64,000 nucleotides of DNA from an uncultured Actinomycetes bacterium (lineage in GTDB: Bacteria > Actinomycetota > Thermoleophilia > UBA2241). The stretch spans positions 1-64,000 of the forward strand of contig CAVPVX010000011.1 of assembly GCA_963709345.1 (NCBI GenBank). Reading direction: 5' to 3'. This document shows, one piece after another, positions 10,681 through 19,259 of the stretch (its first letter is position 1; every line of letters begins with the position of its first letter). The position numbers and the translations under genes are program-made. The notes beneath the pieces are model-generated. The model saw only the letters and a list, made by a program, of their open reading frames with translations, did not search any database and was not told where the DNA came from.

Positions 10681-10950
10681 GTGGCGACCGTCTCGGTGAA
10701 GCTCCCCGTCGGCATGGTGACGGGGGAAGGAGCGCCCGTCGTCGAGTGCGAGGCTGCGACCGTGGCCGAGGCTCTCGAACGCGCGATCGCCATCGACCCG
10801 CGGCTCAAGCCGCGCATCTTCCGCGAAGACGGACGCATGTGGGCCGGCGTCTTCCTCAACGCGCGCAACATCAACGCGCTGCAAGGTCTGGACACGCCGC
10901 TGAACGACGGTGACAGGCTCGCGCTCGTGCCGCCCATCTCCGGCGGCTGA
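10681..10950 (+). CDS. MoaD/ThiS family sulfur carrier
   Basis: C-terminal PPISGG; typical AOR operon partner. Confidence 0.85.
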   Translation: MATVSVKLPVGMVTGEGAPVVECEAATVAEALERAIAIDPRLKPRIFREDGRMWAGVFLNARNINALQGLDTPLNDGDRLALVPPISGG

Positions 10951-10978
10951 GGCGCGCACACGTGGTACCGAACGCCCG

Positions 10979-11013
10979 GCGGGGCCGGCGCTCCCATCGA
11001 GCGCCGGCCCCGC
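10979..11013 (+). terminator. GC-rich hairpin after the AOR operon
   Basis: 15-bp perfect stem GCGGGGCCGGCGCTC / GAGCGCCGGCCCCGC with a 5-nt loop, followed by CTTCGTT. Confidence 0.65.
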
Positions 11014-11034
11014 CTTCGTTGGTACACTGGTCGC

Positions 11035-11697
11035 ATGACCGAACGCGGATCACGATCACGGCTCGAGTTGACGGGCCTCGCCGACGCGGTGCACGGCCGG
11101 TGCAGCGTGCGGCGTTTCGCTCCCGACCCGGTCGCGCGCGAGGACGTGACGGCTATGGTCGAACTGGCCGTGCGCGCGGCGAACGCCGGTAACGCCCAGA
11201 TGTGGCGGTTCGTGGCCGTCGAGGACGAGGCTCTCAGGGCGGGGATGAGGGAGGCCGTCGACGCGGCCCTCGACGAGGTCGGCTCCTGGCCCGAGGTCGC
11301 CGGCATGGAGAAGGAACTCAAGGCCCTGCGCGCGTACTCCACCTTCTTCGCGCAGGCGCCGCTGGTGATGGCGGTTTTCGGTCTGCCCTACGGGTCCAGG
11401 GCCGACGAGATGCTGACCAGGCGCGGCGTGACGGCCGAGGAGCGAGACAGGCTGCGGGCGCGGCCCGACTTGCAGAGCATCGGCGCCGCCGTGCAGTTGC
11501 TCTGCACGGCGGCCCACGCCATGGGGTACGGCACCTGCTGGATGACCGCGCCGGTCATGGCGGCGCCGGCGATCGAGTCGCTGCTCGGCGTCGAGCCTCC
11601 GGCCAGGCTGGCCGCGGTCGTGCCTGTGGGCAGGCCCGCAGGCACGGTGCGGCCTTCGTCCCGTCGGCCCGTTGCGGACGTCCTCGAGTTCCGCTGA
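11035..11697 (+). CDS. Nitroreductase family protein
   Basis: R.SVRRF, A.NAGNAQMWRFV, AHAMGYGTCW; TGgTACACT 6 nt upstream (leaderless geometry). Confidence 0.85.
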   Translation: MTERGSRSRLELTGLADAVHGRCSVRRFAPDPVAREDVTAMVELAVRAANAGNAQMWRFVAVEDEALRAGMREAVDAALDEVGSWPEVAGMEKELKALRAYSTFFAQAPLVMAVFGLPYGSRADEMLTRRGVTAEERDRLRARPDLQSIGAAVQLLCTAAHAMGYGTCWMTAPVMAAPAIESLLGVEPPARLAAVVPVGRPAGTVRPSSRRPVADVLEFR

Positions 11698-11818
11698 TCC
11701 GGCGCCGGCGGCTTGCCAGCCGGTCCGGCGCCTCGGTAGACTCGCCCGGCGCGCCGCCGGAAGGGGGCCGCGCCGCCCGGGACTCCCCAGTGGCCACAGT
11801 GAGCGGGAGAAACGTTCA

Positions 11819-12883
11819 GTGAACGATACCACCGGCGTCATCCGCGACCTCTGTGCCCGGATCCTCGAAGGCAGGGCTCCGGATGCGAGCCAGATCGAGA
11901 CGCTCCTTCGCGCCGGCGACGCGGCGCCCGAGGTCTTCGCCGCCGCGCGCGAGATGCGCGCCCGCGAGACGGGCGATGCAGTGTTTCTGTATGGATTCGT
12001 CTACTTCTCGACGTACTGCCGCAACGAATGCGCCTTCTGCTTCTACCGCGCGGGGAATACCGAGAGCCCGCGCTACCGCAAGTCGCTGGGCGAGGTCGTC
12101 GCCATCTGCCGCGACCTGGCCCGGTCCGGGGTCGTTCTGCTCGATCTGACCATGGGGGAGGACCCGCTCGTCCATGGAGATCCGGGGTACGCCTCACTGC
12201 TTGAGCTGGTCGACGCCGTATCGGGTGGCTCGGGTCTGCCGGTGATGGTGTCGCCGGGCGTTCTCCCGGACGAGACGTTCGCCGGTCTCAAGGATGCGGG
12301 GACTGACTGGTACGCCCTGTATCAGGAGACGCACACACCCGAGCTCTACGAGCGCCTGCGCGTGGGCCAGCCGTTCGCGGTGCGCGTCGCCGCGCGCGCC
12401 GCGGCCCGGCGTGCCGGGCTCCTCGTCGAGGACGGCCTGCTCACGGGTATCGGCGACACGCCGGCCGATCGCGCCCGATCCGTCGTCGCCATGCGCGACG
12501 CCGGCTGGGAGCAGGTGCGCGTCATGACATTCGTGCCGCAGCCGGGTACGCCGCTGGCCGGCGTCGCGCCGGCCGGCGATGCCGACGAACTCCTCACCAT
12601 CGCCGCGATGCGGCTGGCCATGCCCTCGCGCTTCATCCCGGCGTCGCTCGATGTGGACGGGATCCGCGGTCTCGAGCGCCGGCTGGACGCCGGTGCGAAT
12701 GTCGTGACGTCCATCGTTCCGCCTACCGTCGGGCTGGCCGGTGTGTCCCAGTCGGAGCTCGACATCGACGAGGGGTATCGGACGGTCGCCGGGGTCCTGC
12801 CGCATCTCGAGAAGCTCGGCCTGCGCGCGGCCACCGTCGACGAGTACCGCACCCGCATGTACGTCGTGCGCGGCGACGTCTGA
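11819..12883 (+). CDS. pylB: Methylornithine synthase PylB (radical SAM)
   Basis: LYGFVYFSTYCRNECAFCFYR, DLTMGEDP, MVSPG, WYALYQETH, QVRVMTFVPQPGTP, PASLDVDG, RLDAGANVVTSI.PP..GLAGV. Confidence 0.93.
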   Translation: MNDTTGVIRDLCARILEGRAPDASQIETLLRAGDAAPEVFAAAREMRARETGDAVFLYGFVYFSTYCRNECAFCFYRAGNTESPRYRKSLGEVVAICRDLARSGVVLLDLTMGEDPLVHGDPGYASLLELVDAVSGGSGLPVMVSPGVLPDETFAGLKDAGTDWYALYQETHTPELYERLRVGQPFAVRVAARAAARRAGLLVEDGLLTGIGDTPADRARSVVAMRDAGWEQVRVMTFVPQPGTPLAGVAPAGDADELLTIAAMRLAMPSRFIPASLDVDGIRGLERRLDAGANVVTSIVPPTVGLAGVSQSELDIDEGYRTVAGVLPHLEKLGLRAATVDEYRTRMYVVRGDV

Positions 12884-12893
12884 GGCCGCCGGC

Positions 12894-14136
12894 GTGCGCC
12901 TCCTGATCGTCGGCGGCAGACTGCAGGGCACCGAGGCCGCGTACCTAGCGGGCAAGGCGGGCATGGAGACCGTGCTCGTCGACCGGCGAGAGGAGCCTCC
13001 CGCGGCGGGCCTCGTGGACGTGCACATCGTCACCGACATCACCGCCGACGAGGATCGCGCACGGGCGCTCGTCACGTCGTGTGACGCCGTCCTGCCGGCG
13101 TGCGAGGACGAGCCGACGCTGGCATGGCTGGCCCGCCGCGTGCCGGCGTGGGGCGTGCCGCTGCTGTTCGACCTCGACGCCTATCACGTGACGGAGTCCA
13201 AGCTCGCCTCCCGGCGCCTCTTCGCCGAGCTCGGCGTGCCGCGGCCCGGCGACTGGCCCGAGTGCGGCTTCCCCGTCGCGGTCAAGCCGAGCACAGCCAG
13301 CGGCAGTGAAGGGGTCACGATCGCGCACGATGGTGGCGAGCTCGAGGCGGCGCGTTCGGCGCTGCTCGCCGCCGGGCACGAGGTCGTTGTCGAGGAGTTC
13401 GTCGACGGTCCCTCGCTCTCGCTCGAGGTGCTCGCGTGGGGCGGGCGCGCCGTGCCTCTCCAGGCGACGGGCCTCGAGTTCGACAGCGGCTACGACTGCC
13501 GGCGCGTGGTCGCGCCGGTCGGGGCGGCCGGAGCCGGAGGGTCTGCGGCCGCCGCTCCAGGCGGCGCCTGCGACTGGCAGCGCGCCGCTCCGGCGGGCGC
13601 GCTCGCCGCGCTCGACGCCGCCGGCGTGCGTCTGGCAGAAGGCCTCGGCCTGCGCGGACTCATGGATGTGGAGGTCATGGTCCGTGGCGACGAGGCGAAG
13701 GTCCTGGAGATCGATGCGCGGCTCCCGAGCCAGACCCCGACCGCCGTGTTCTGGTCGAGCGGGCTGAACCTCGTCGAGCTGCTGGCCGAGACGGTCATCC
13801 ACGAGGGAGTGCCGGCTCTCGATCGCCGTCCGCGTCGCGCCTGCGTGTATCAGCACGTGAGCGCGTCGGGTGGTTTGCATGGAGGTCGTCGGCGAGCATG
13901 CCATGGGAAGCGCCGGGATTCTGAGCCTGCTGCCCGGCTTCTTCGGCGTGGACGAGGCGCTGACGGACTATCGTCCGGGGGCGGCGACATGGGCGGTCAC
14001 GCTGATCGCGGTGGCGCCGACGGTCTCCGAAGCGCTGGAGAGGGTGCGACGCGCCACCCAGGAGGTGGCGCGGGTGGAAGGCCTTGACCTTCTACCTGAG
14101 GTTGATGGTCATGCAGAGGGGAGTCGGGCCCGGTGA
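12894..14136 (+). CDS. pylC: 3-methylornithine--L-lysine ligase PylC (one frameshift near 13874, probably a sequencing error)
   Basis: IVGGRLQGTEAAYLAGKAG, KPSTASGS.GV, GPSLSLEV, YDCRRV, GLMDVEV, LEIDARLPSQTP; continues in another frame as EVVGEH..GFFG.DEALTDY. Confidence 0.9.
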
Positions 14137-14939
14137 CGCGATTGACCGAGAACGACGTGGGAGATCTCAGGCGGGGCCTCGACGCGTTCGAGGAGCGGCT
14201 GCGTGAAGTGGCCGGCCTCGGTCTCAGCGAGGTCGCCCTCCGCAGCGCCGGCGAGGAGGAGTACGGCGTGCGGCTCTACGGAGCGCGTGCGGCCTCCGTA
14301 CCCGTTTCCACCGGCGAGGGTTTCATTCCCGGGTTCGGTGAGTGCGTCGTCGCCGTTCTCGAGCATCTGGGGTGCGAGGCGTGGGTGACGGCGCAGTCCG
14401 ACGTCCGGGGGATCCAGGAGGCGGTGCAGGCTGGCGCCGAGGTCGTCTTTCTCGCCGACGACCACCGCTTCATCGCGCTGAACGTCACCAAGGCGCGCTG
14501 CGTCGACGACGACCCGGCCACGGCCGACGGGTACGTCACTGCGCTCGAGGCTGCCTCGGGAGGGTTGTGCGACCGTGACGTGCTGTTGCTGGGTCTTGGC
14601 CCGGTCGGCCGCGCCGCCGCGCACGGGCTGCTGGGTCACGGCGCCGTCGTCCACGTGGTCGAGCCCGACTCCGAGCGTCTCGAGGCGGTCCTGGAGGCGG
14701 GCGTCAAGTTGCATCCGACCGGCCTGGCCGATGGCCTGGCCAAGTGCCAGCTCATCTTCGACGCGACGCCCGCCGCGGGCATCATCGCTGCCGGCGACAT
14801 CGGCCCTGAGACCATCGCCGCCGTCCCGGGACTGCCGTCGGCGTTCACGGCGGCGGCCCGCGGGGCTCTCGGCGTACGGCATATCCACGAGCCGCTGGCG
14901 ATCGGTGTAGCCGTGATGATCGCGCGGGCGATCAAGTAG
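14133..14939 (+). CDS. pylD: Pyrrolysine synthase / 3-methylornithyl-N6-L-lysine dehydrogenase PylD
   Basis: MTRLT, VPVSTGEG.I.GF, DVRGI, ADDHRFIALN, GLGPVG, DATPA, H.PL.IGV; overlaps the pylC stop; TAG stop. Confidence 0.92.
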   Translation: MTRLTENDVGDLRRGLDAFEERLREVAGLGLSEVALRSAGEEEYGVRLYGARAASVPVSTGEGFIPGFGECVVAVLEHLGCEAWVTAQSDVRGIQEAVQAGAEVVFLADDHRFIALNVTKARCVDDDPATADGYVTALEAASGGLCDRDVLLLGLGPVGRAAAHGLLGHGAVVHVVEPDSERLEAVLEAGVKLHPTGLADGLAKCQLIFDATPAAGIIAAGDIGPETIAAVPGLPSAFTAAARGALGVRHIHEPLAIGVAVMIARAIK

Positions 14940-14974
14940 CCGGGCGACGGTCCTCCGTCGCGCGGCTCGGGGTG

Positions 14975-14980
14975 TACAAT
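14975..14980 (+). promoter_or_regulatory. Putative -10 element (TACAAT) for tRNA-Pyl
   Basis: AT-rich hexamer 10 nt upstream of the tRNA in very GC-rich DNA. Confidence 0.5.
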
Positions 14981-14990
14981 CGAAGCGCGC

Positions 14991-15063
14991 GGGGGGTCGA
15001 TCGGAAGGATCAGCGTGGGCTCTAAACCCACGCAGGCGGGTGTGACTCCCGCACTCCCCGCCA
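14991..15063 (+). tRNA. pylT: tRNA-Pyl (anticodon CUA)
   Basis: GGGGGGU/ACUCCCC acceptor, G discriminator, encoded CCA; GAUC/GAUC D-stem with a 5-nt loop; CGUGGG-CUCUAAA-CCCACG anticodon arm; CAG variable loop; GCGGG/CCCGC T-stem without TpsiC. Closely resembles Desulfitobacterium tRNA-Pyl and sits directly after pylD. Confidence 0.95.
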
Positions 15064-15129
15064 CTGCGCTTCTTGGCCCCCCTCCGCCCCGCCGCCCGCG
15101 TGGGCGCGACCGTTCGGCGGGCGGGCTCT

Positions 15130-16044
15130 CTAGTTCCCTGCGAACGTGATGGGGATGCGGATGGTGTTCTGCCGCGACCCGTCTTCCATCGACTGCGTGA
15201 ACACGACGAGCGTGCCCGCGGCGGCCGACGTCGAGAAGGCGATCTCCTTGCGAAAGCCGCCGCGATCCGGTGCTCCTCGCGTGGCCTGCACGGTCGTGCT
15301 CACGACGCGGCGGCCGCCGGCGTCGACGAGACGCGCGGTGAAGCTCCCCTCGTAGACACTCGCGGTACCGTGGATCGTGAACGGGCTGGAGACCACAGCG
15401 CCGAGACCCGGGCGCTCGACGAAGATTGCCGGCTCGAGTGATCTGAAGTCGGCGCGTCGCCACACGGCGGGCTGCGAGCCGGTCTGCTCGCCCGCCGGGA
15501 ACGGCTGCCCCTCGACGCGGATGGCGACCTTGCGCACCGTCGGGTACTGCGTCAGGGCGTAGACGATCTGAGCCGTAGGGCTCGGCTCAGGGTCGGCGGC
15601 GGGGTCCGCGAAGCGCGAAGAGAGGTCGACGGACGCCGTTGCGCCCGCGATCGTGATCCCCCTGAGCTTGACGCCGTTCGGCAGGGCGGAGGAGACGCCC
15701 GCGCTCCTCTCAGACGATGTGGGCCCCTTGAACAGAGCGTTGAGCGTTGCCCGCGCCGGCGCGGGCGTGTACGGCACCCAGCGCTCCACTGCGCACAGCT
15801 CGCCGCCGCGGATGAAGTAGAGCGTGACGGGCGTCTGCTCCGGACGGGGAGTGGCTGACGGCGAGGGTGAGGCGCTTGGAGACGACGACGGGCTCGCGGT
15901 CACGCTGACCGTCGCTGCGGGCTGCGGCGTGTCACCGCCACCGCAGGCGGCGGCCAGGGCGGCGATCAGGACAACGGCGAGCGCGCCGGCGATGAGCAGC
16001 AGCGGGAACAGGCGGGTGAGGCCGGCCGCGGCGCGGCGAGTCAT
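15130..16044 (-). CDS. GerMN + Gmad2 (Ig-like) domain lipoprotein
   Basis: Lipobox-like LAAAC, Ser/Pro linker, LF.GPT..E...G..SALP..ASVDLS..QIVYALTQYPTV..V, then I.VE.P..G..V.SP..I.GTA.VYEG. Confidence 0.8.
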   Translation of the reverse strand: MTRRAAAGLTRLFPLLLIAGALAVVLIAALAAACGGGDTPQPAATVSVTASPSSSPSASPSPSATPRPEQTPVTLYFIRGGELCAVERWVPYTPAPARATLNALFKGPTSSERSAGVSSALPNGVKLRGITIAGATASVDLSSRFADPAADPEPSPTAQIVYALTQYPTVRKVAIRVEGQPFPAGEQTGSQPAVWRRADFRSLEPAIFVERPGLGAVVSSPFTIHGTASVYEGSFTARLVDAGGRRVVSTTVQATRGAPDRGGFRKEIAFSTSAAAGTLVVFTQSMEDGSRQNTIRIPITFAGN

Positions 16045-16155
16045 GAGGCACCTCGAGTCGTGTGGGGTCGAGAGAAGGGCATTCGACGCGGCGCGCTCTC
16101 ATCCTGCCTGGCGGGCGGCGAGGGAGCTCGGGCGGCGTGGTAGACTCGGCGCCCG

Positions 16156-16485
16156 ATGCCCACCGATCCGAACAAGGCGCGCTACTACCGCAAGCAGGTG
16201 CCGCTCTTTCGCCTCGTCGAGAAGCTGAAGCTGTGGCCGTCGCGACGCGGCATCCTGCACGGCGTCAAGCAGTTCGAGGAGCACGGCTCGTACGCGGTCA
16301 TCGTGACGCACTGCAGCAAGCACATGGTCGTCCACGACTCGAAGTCGAGCCGCGCCGGCCGGTGGCTTCGCAACAAGTGGTATGCCGAGGCGTGCCCGCA
16401 GTGCCGCATCCCGGAGTGGAAGCTGCAGAAGTACGCGGCGACGCACTTCAAGCGGGGGTTCGGCTCGCATCTTCGCGACACCTGA
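16156..16485 (+). CDS. pylSn: Pyrrolysyl-tRNA synthetase N-terminal subunit PylSn
   Basis: KLKLWPSRRGILHGVK...THC...DSKSSRAGRWLRNKW....CPQCRIPEWKL matches the PylSn Zn-binding domain (H, C..C..C). Confidence 0.92.
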   Translation: MPTDPNKARYYRKQVPLFRLVEKLKLWPSRRGILHGVKQFEEHGSYAVIVTHCSKHMVVHDSKSSRAGRWLRNKWYAEACPQCRIPEWKLQKYAATHFKRGFGSHLRDT

Positions 16486-16518
16486 GGCGGGCCGTGCCGT
16501 CGCGGCGCCGGCGCGGCC

Positions 16519-17397
16519 TCAGAGGAGACGCCAGCTCTCGGGTCGCAGTTGCACCGACTCCGGCGCTTCCAGCACCTTGTCCAGGGACTTCAGGATGCTC
16601 TCCTTGTCGGCGGGCAGGTGACCGCCGACGGGCAGGTAGTTGGACGCGTGGTTGCAGCGGAACACGCAGTCGGTGACCTCGAGGTGCGCGACGATCTCGC
16701 GGAGCTCGCGCAGCATACCGATGGAGTCGGGCAGGACGAGGTGGCCGGAGGCGACCTTGCGCTCCATCGCCGTGCCCGGGGGGAGCATCAGCGTGAGGAT
16801 GCCGATGTACTCGGGGTCGATCGCCGAAAGGGCCTTGCCGGTGGCCGCGGCGTGGACCAGAGACCTCTCCCGGCCGGCAAGGCCGAGGATCGCGGTCACC
16901 GAGAGCCGCATGCCGGCGTCCGAGGCGCGGCGGCACCCCTCGATCTGCTCGGCGACGGTCATGCTCTTGTGGATGTCGGCGAGCGTCGCGTCGTCGCCGG
17001 ACTCGAGGCCGAGATAGAGAAGGTCGAGACCGCGCGCGCGCAGCGCGGCGAGTTCGCCGACCTGCTTCGCGAGGAGGTTCCTCGCATTGGCGTAGCTGCT
17101 CACGCGCTCGAGGTTCGGCAGCGCGCGATGCAGAAGGTCGAGGACGGCGTCCAGCTTGCGCGGGCTGAGCGCCATGGCGTCGCCGTCGGCGAGGAAGACC
17201 CGGGTCACCCGCTGCCGCACGCTCGCGGGGAGACCGGTCACATCTTCGACGACCTCGTCGAAGGGACGCGCCGCGAACGGCTTGTCCAGGTAGGTGCCGC
17301 AGAAGTCGCAGGTGTTGTTGGAGCAGCCGTAGGTCACCTGCACGATCAGGCTGTCGGCCTCGCTGGGTGGACGGATGACGGCGCCGTGATACCTCAC
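16519..17397 (-). CDS. Radical SAM protein (RPPSEA.S family, function unknown)
   Basis: IRPPSEADSLIVQVTYGCSNNTCDFCGTY, FLADGDA, YLGLESGDD, F.CNHASNY. Confidence 0.85.
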   Translation of the reverse strand: MRYHGAVIRPPSEADSLIVQVTYGCSNNTCDFCGTYLDKPFAARPFDEVVEDVTGLPASVRQRVTRVFLADGDAMALSPRKLDAVLDLLHRALPNLERVSSYANARNLLAKQVGELAALRARGLDLLYLGLESGDDATLADIHKSMTVAEQIEGCRRASDAGMRLSVTAILGLAGRERSLVHAAATGKALSAIDPEYIGILTLMLPPGTAMERKVASGHLVLPDSIGMLRELREIVAHLEVTDCVFRCNHASNYLPVGGHLPADKESILKSLDKVLEAPESVQLRPESWRLL

Positions 17398-17510
17398 GCA
17401 GCGATGCTAGCACGGGCGGAGAGCCCGTGCGCCCCGGCTCCGCGGGCCCATCGACGGACTTCTCTTCGCACCTCGTCATGTGCGCTTGTGTGGCCGCATG
17501 TTCGACCTGC

Positions 17511-17519
17511 TGATATACT
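17511..17519 (+). promoter_or_regulatory. Extended -10 (TGaTATACT) upstream of the corrinoid protein gene
   Basis: Near-consensus extended -10, about 160 nt upstream of ATG 17681. Confidence 0.5.
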
Positions 17520-17680
17520 CCCGTCGCGCGCTGTAGGAGGGCGTCTGGGGAGGAACGGCCGACGAGCTGTCCGGCTGCTGCTCCCCTCGGCTTGCGGAGT
17601 CGGATCTCCCTCCCCGGCGCACCCGCCATACCTAGCTGCGCGGAAACAGTTGTGAGCGATGTTGGGAGGAGTCCAGGGTC

Positions 17681-18316
17681 ATGGCAGAAGGCATCTACCA
17701 AGAAGCAGCCGAGAGCATCATCAACGCAGACCGGGCGGCGTCCGAAGCGGTGGCGACGCGTGCCCTGGCCGAGGGCATCGCCCCGGCCGACATCATGCAG
17801 AACGGCTTCGTCAAGGGCATCCAGGAGGTCGGTGAGCTGTTCGAGAGCGGCGAGGTCTTCCTCCCCGAGCTCATGATGAGCGCCGACGCCATGGCCGGCG
17901 CCACCGAGGTCACCAACGCCGCCCTAGAGGGCGAGGCCGCCGAGGCCAAGGGCGTGGTCGTGCTCGGCACCGTCCAAGGCGACGTGCACGACATCGGCAA
18001 GGCGATCGTGATCGCCTACCTCAAGGCCAACGGCTTCGAGGTCACCGACCTCGGCCGCGACGTGGCCGCCGACACCTTCATCGCCAAGGCCAAGGAGCTG
18101 AACGCCGACATCATCGGCATGAGCGCCCTGCTGACGACGACGATGGAAGAGCAGAAGAAGGTCATCAAGCAGATCAAGGACGGCGCCCTGCCCTATAAGA
18201 CCGTGGTCGGCGGCGCCCCCTGCACGCAGCGCTGGGCCGACCAGATCGGCGCCGACGCCTACGCCGAGGACGCCAACGACGGCGTCAAGAAGATGGACGC
18301 ACTACTGGGCGTGTAA
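17681..18316 (+). CDS. Corrinoid (B12-binding) methyltransferase cognate protein, MttC/MtbC-like
   Basis: FLPELMMSA.AM, GTVQGDVHDIGK, DLGRDV, SALLTTTM, VGGAP.TQ.WA..IGAD.Y. Confidence 0.92.
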   Translation: MAEGIYQEAAESIINADRAASEAVATRALAEGIAPADIMQNGFVKGIQEVGELFESGEVFLPELMMSADAMAGATEVTNAALEGEAAEAKGVVVLGTVQGDVHDIGKAIVIAYLKANGFEVTDLGRDVAADTFIAKAKELNADIIGMSALLTTTMEEQKKVIKQIKDGALPYKTVVGGAPCTQRWADQIGADAYAEDANDGVKKMDALLGV

Positions 18317-18341
18317 GCTCGCCCGCGGCATCCGAGCGCTC

Positions 18342-18379
18342 CGAGGGGCGGGCCCATGGGCCCGCCCCTCGCGCGTACG
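18342..18379. terminator. Hairpin between the convergent corrinoid gene and pylSc
   Basis: CGAGGGGCGGGCCC-AT-GGGCCCGCCCCTCG perfect inverted repeat. Confidence 0.65.
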
Positions 18380-18401
18380 CTCGGCAGTCGCGCCGTGGGC
18401 G

Positions 18402-19259
18402 CTAGATGTTGAGGCGCACGCCGTCGACGTAGCTCAGGCTGCGGCCCGCGCGTTCGATGTTGGGGTAGCCCTCGCGCGTCGCGAGCAGTCGCTCGAGGCC
18501 GAATCCCAGACCGACCCACGGGTCCACGATGCCCCAGTTGCCGTCCAGGGGGTGCGGACCCATCCCGGCCGAGCAGACCTCGACGCCGTCGACCTCGACG
18601 TCGACCATGGCGCCGTAGACCTCGGAATCGGTGACGACCAGCTCGTAGGGGGCGATGCCGGCGGCGGCCATGACGGCGCCGGCCAGCTCCTCGAGGCGCG
18701 AGCGGCACTCGGCGGCGGGCCGGCCGAGCTCGACGAGGTTGAGCATCGTGAACTCGTTGAGGTGATTGGCGCCCTGCGAGTCGCGCCGGAAGCACGCGCC
18801 GAGCTCGAAGATGCCGAACGGCTTGCTCCAGAGGCGCCCGAGCCGGCGAAGAAGCGTATACAGGTTGGGCGCCAGCATCGGACGCAGGCAGCGCCCGTCG
18901 TCAAGCCAGAAGACCTGGTCGCGCAGCGGATGCCCGTGGTCGACACCCATCTTGACGAGCGAGTCCGACGTGATGATGAGGGGGGTGGCGACTCTCACGA
19001 ACCCGGCGCCGGTGAGAGCGTCCGAGAGACGGGTCTCGAGCGCGACGAGTCCGGGGACCCGGGTTCCGTCACGCAGCTGCTTCAGCCGCCGCCGCCCGGC
19101 CTGAGTGAGCTCGTCCTCGAGGCGCTTGAAGGCGGCGTTGCGAGCGCCGGCGTCCGGGTAGACGCCGGCGAGCGCAACGCCGCCGGCGCCGAGCTCGCGC
19201 AGACGCTGGGCTTGCGTCGCCGTCAACCCGACGAGCGGGTGCTGGTCGCCCGTCGTCAT
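18402..19259 (-). CDS. pylSc: Pyrrolysyl-tRNA synthetase catalytic subunit PylSc
   Basis: Q.QRL.ELG, GF..V.TP, LRPMLAPNLY, FELG.CFR.DSQG..HLNEFTMLNLVE, GPHPLD..W....PW.G.GFGLERL, RSL.Y.DGVRLNI; TAG stop. Confidence 0.94.
   Translation of the reverse strand: MTTGDQHPLVGLTATQAQRLRELGAGGVALAGVYPDAGARNAAFKRLEDELTQAGRRRLKQLRDGTRVPGLVALETRLSDALTGAGFVRVATPLIITSDSLVKMGVDHGHPLRDQVFWLDDGRCLRPMLAPNLYTLLRRLGRLWSKPFGIFELGACFRRDSQGANHLNEFTMLNLVELGRPAAECRSRLEELAGAVMAAAGIAPYELVVTDSEVYGAMVDVEVDGVEVCSAGMGPHPLDGNWGIVDPWVGLGFGLERLLATREGYPNIERAGRSLSYVDGVRLNI

Noticed and set aside
17498-17683. Upstream ATG with two in-frame TAGs leading into the corrinoid gene (possible Pyl-sensing leader)
   Set aside because: The ATG lies upstream of the likely -10, has no SD, and the corrinoid gene has its own strong SD. 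Probably coincidence.
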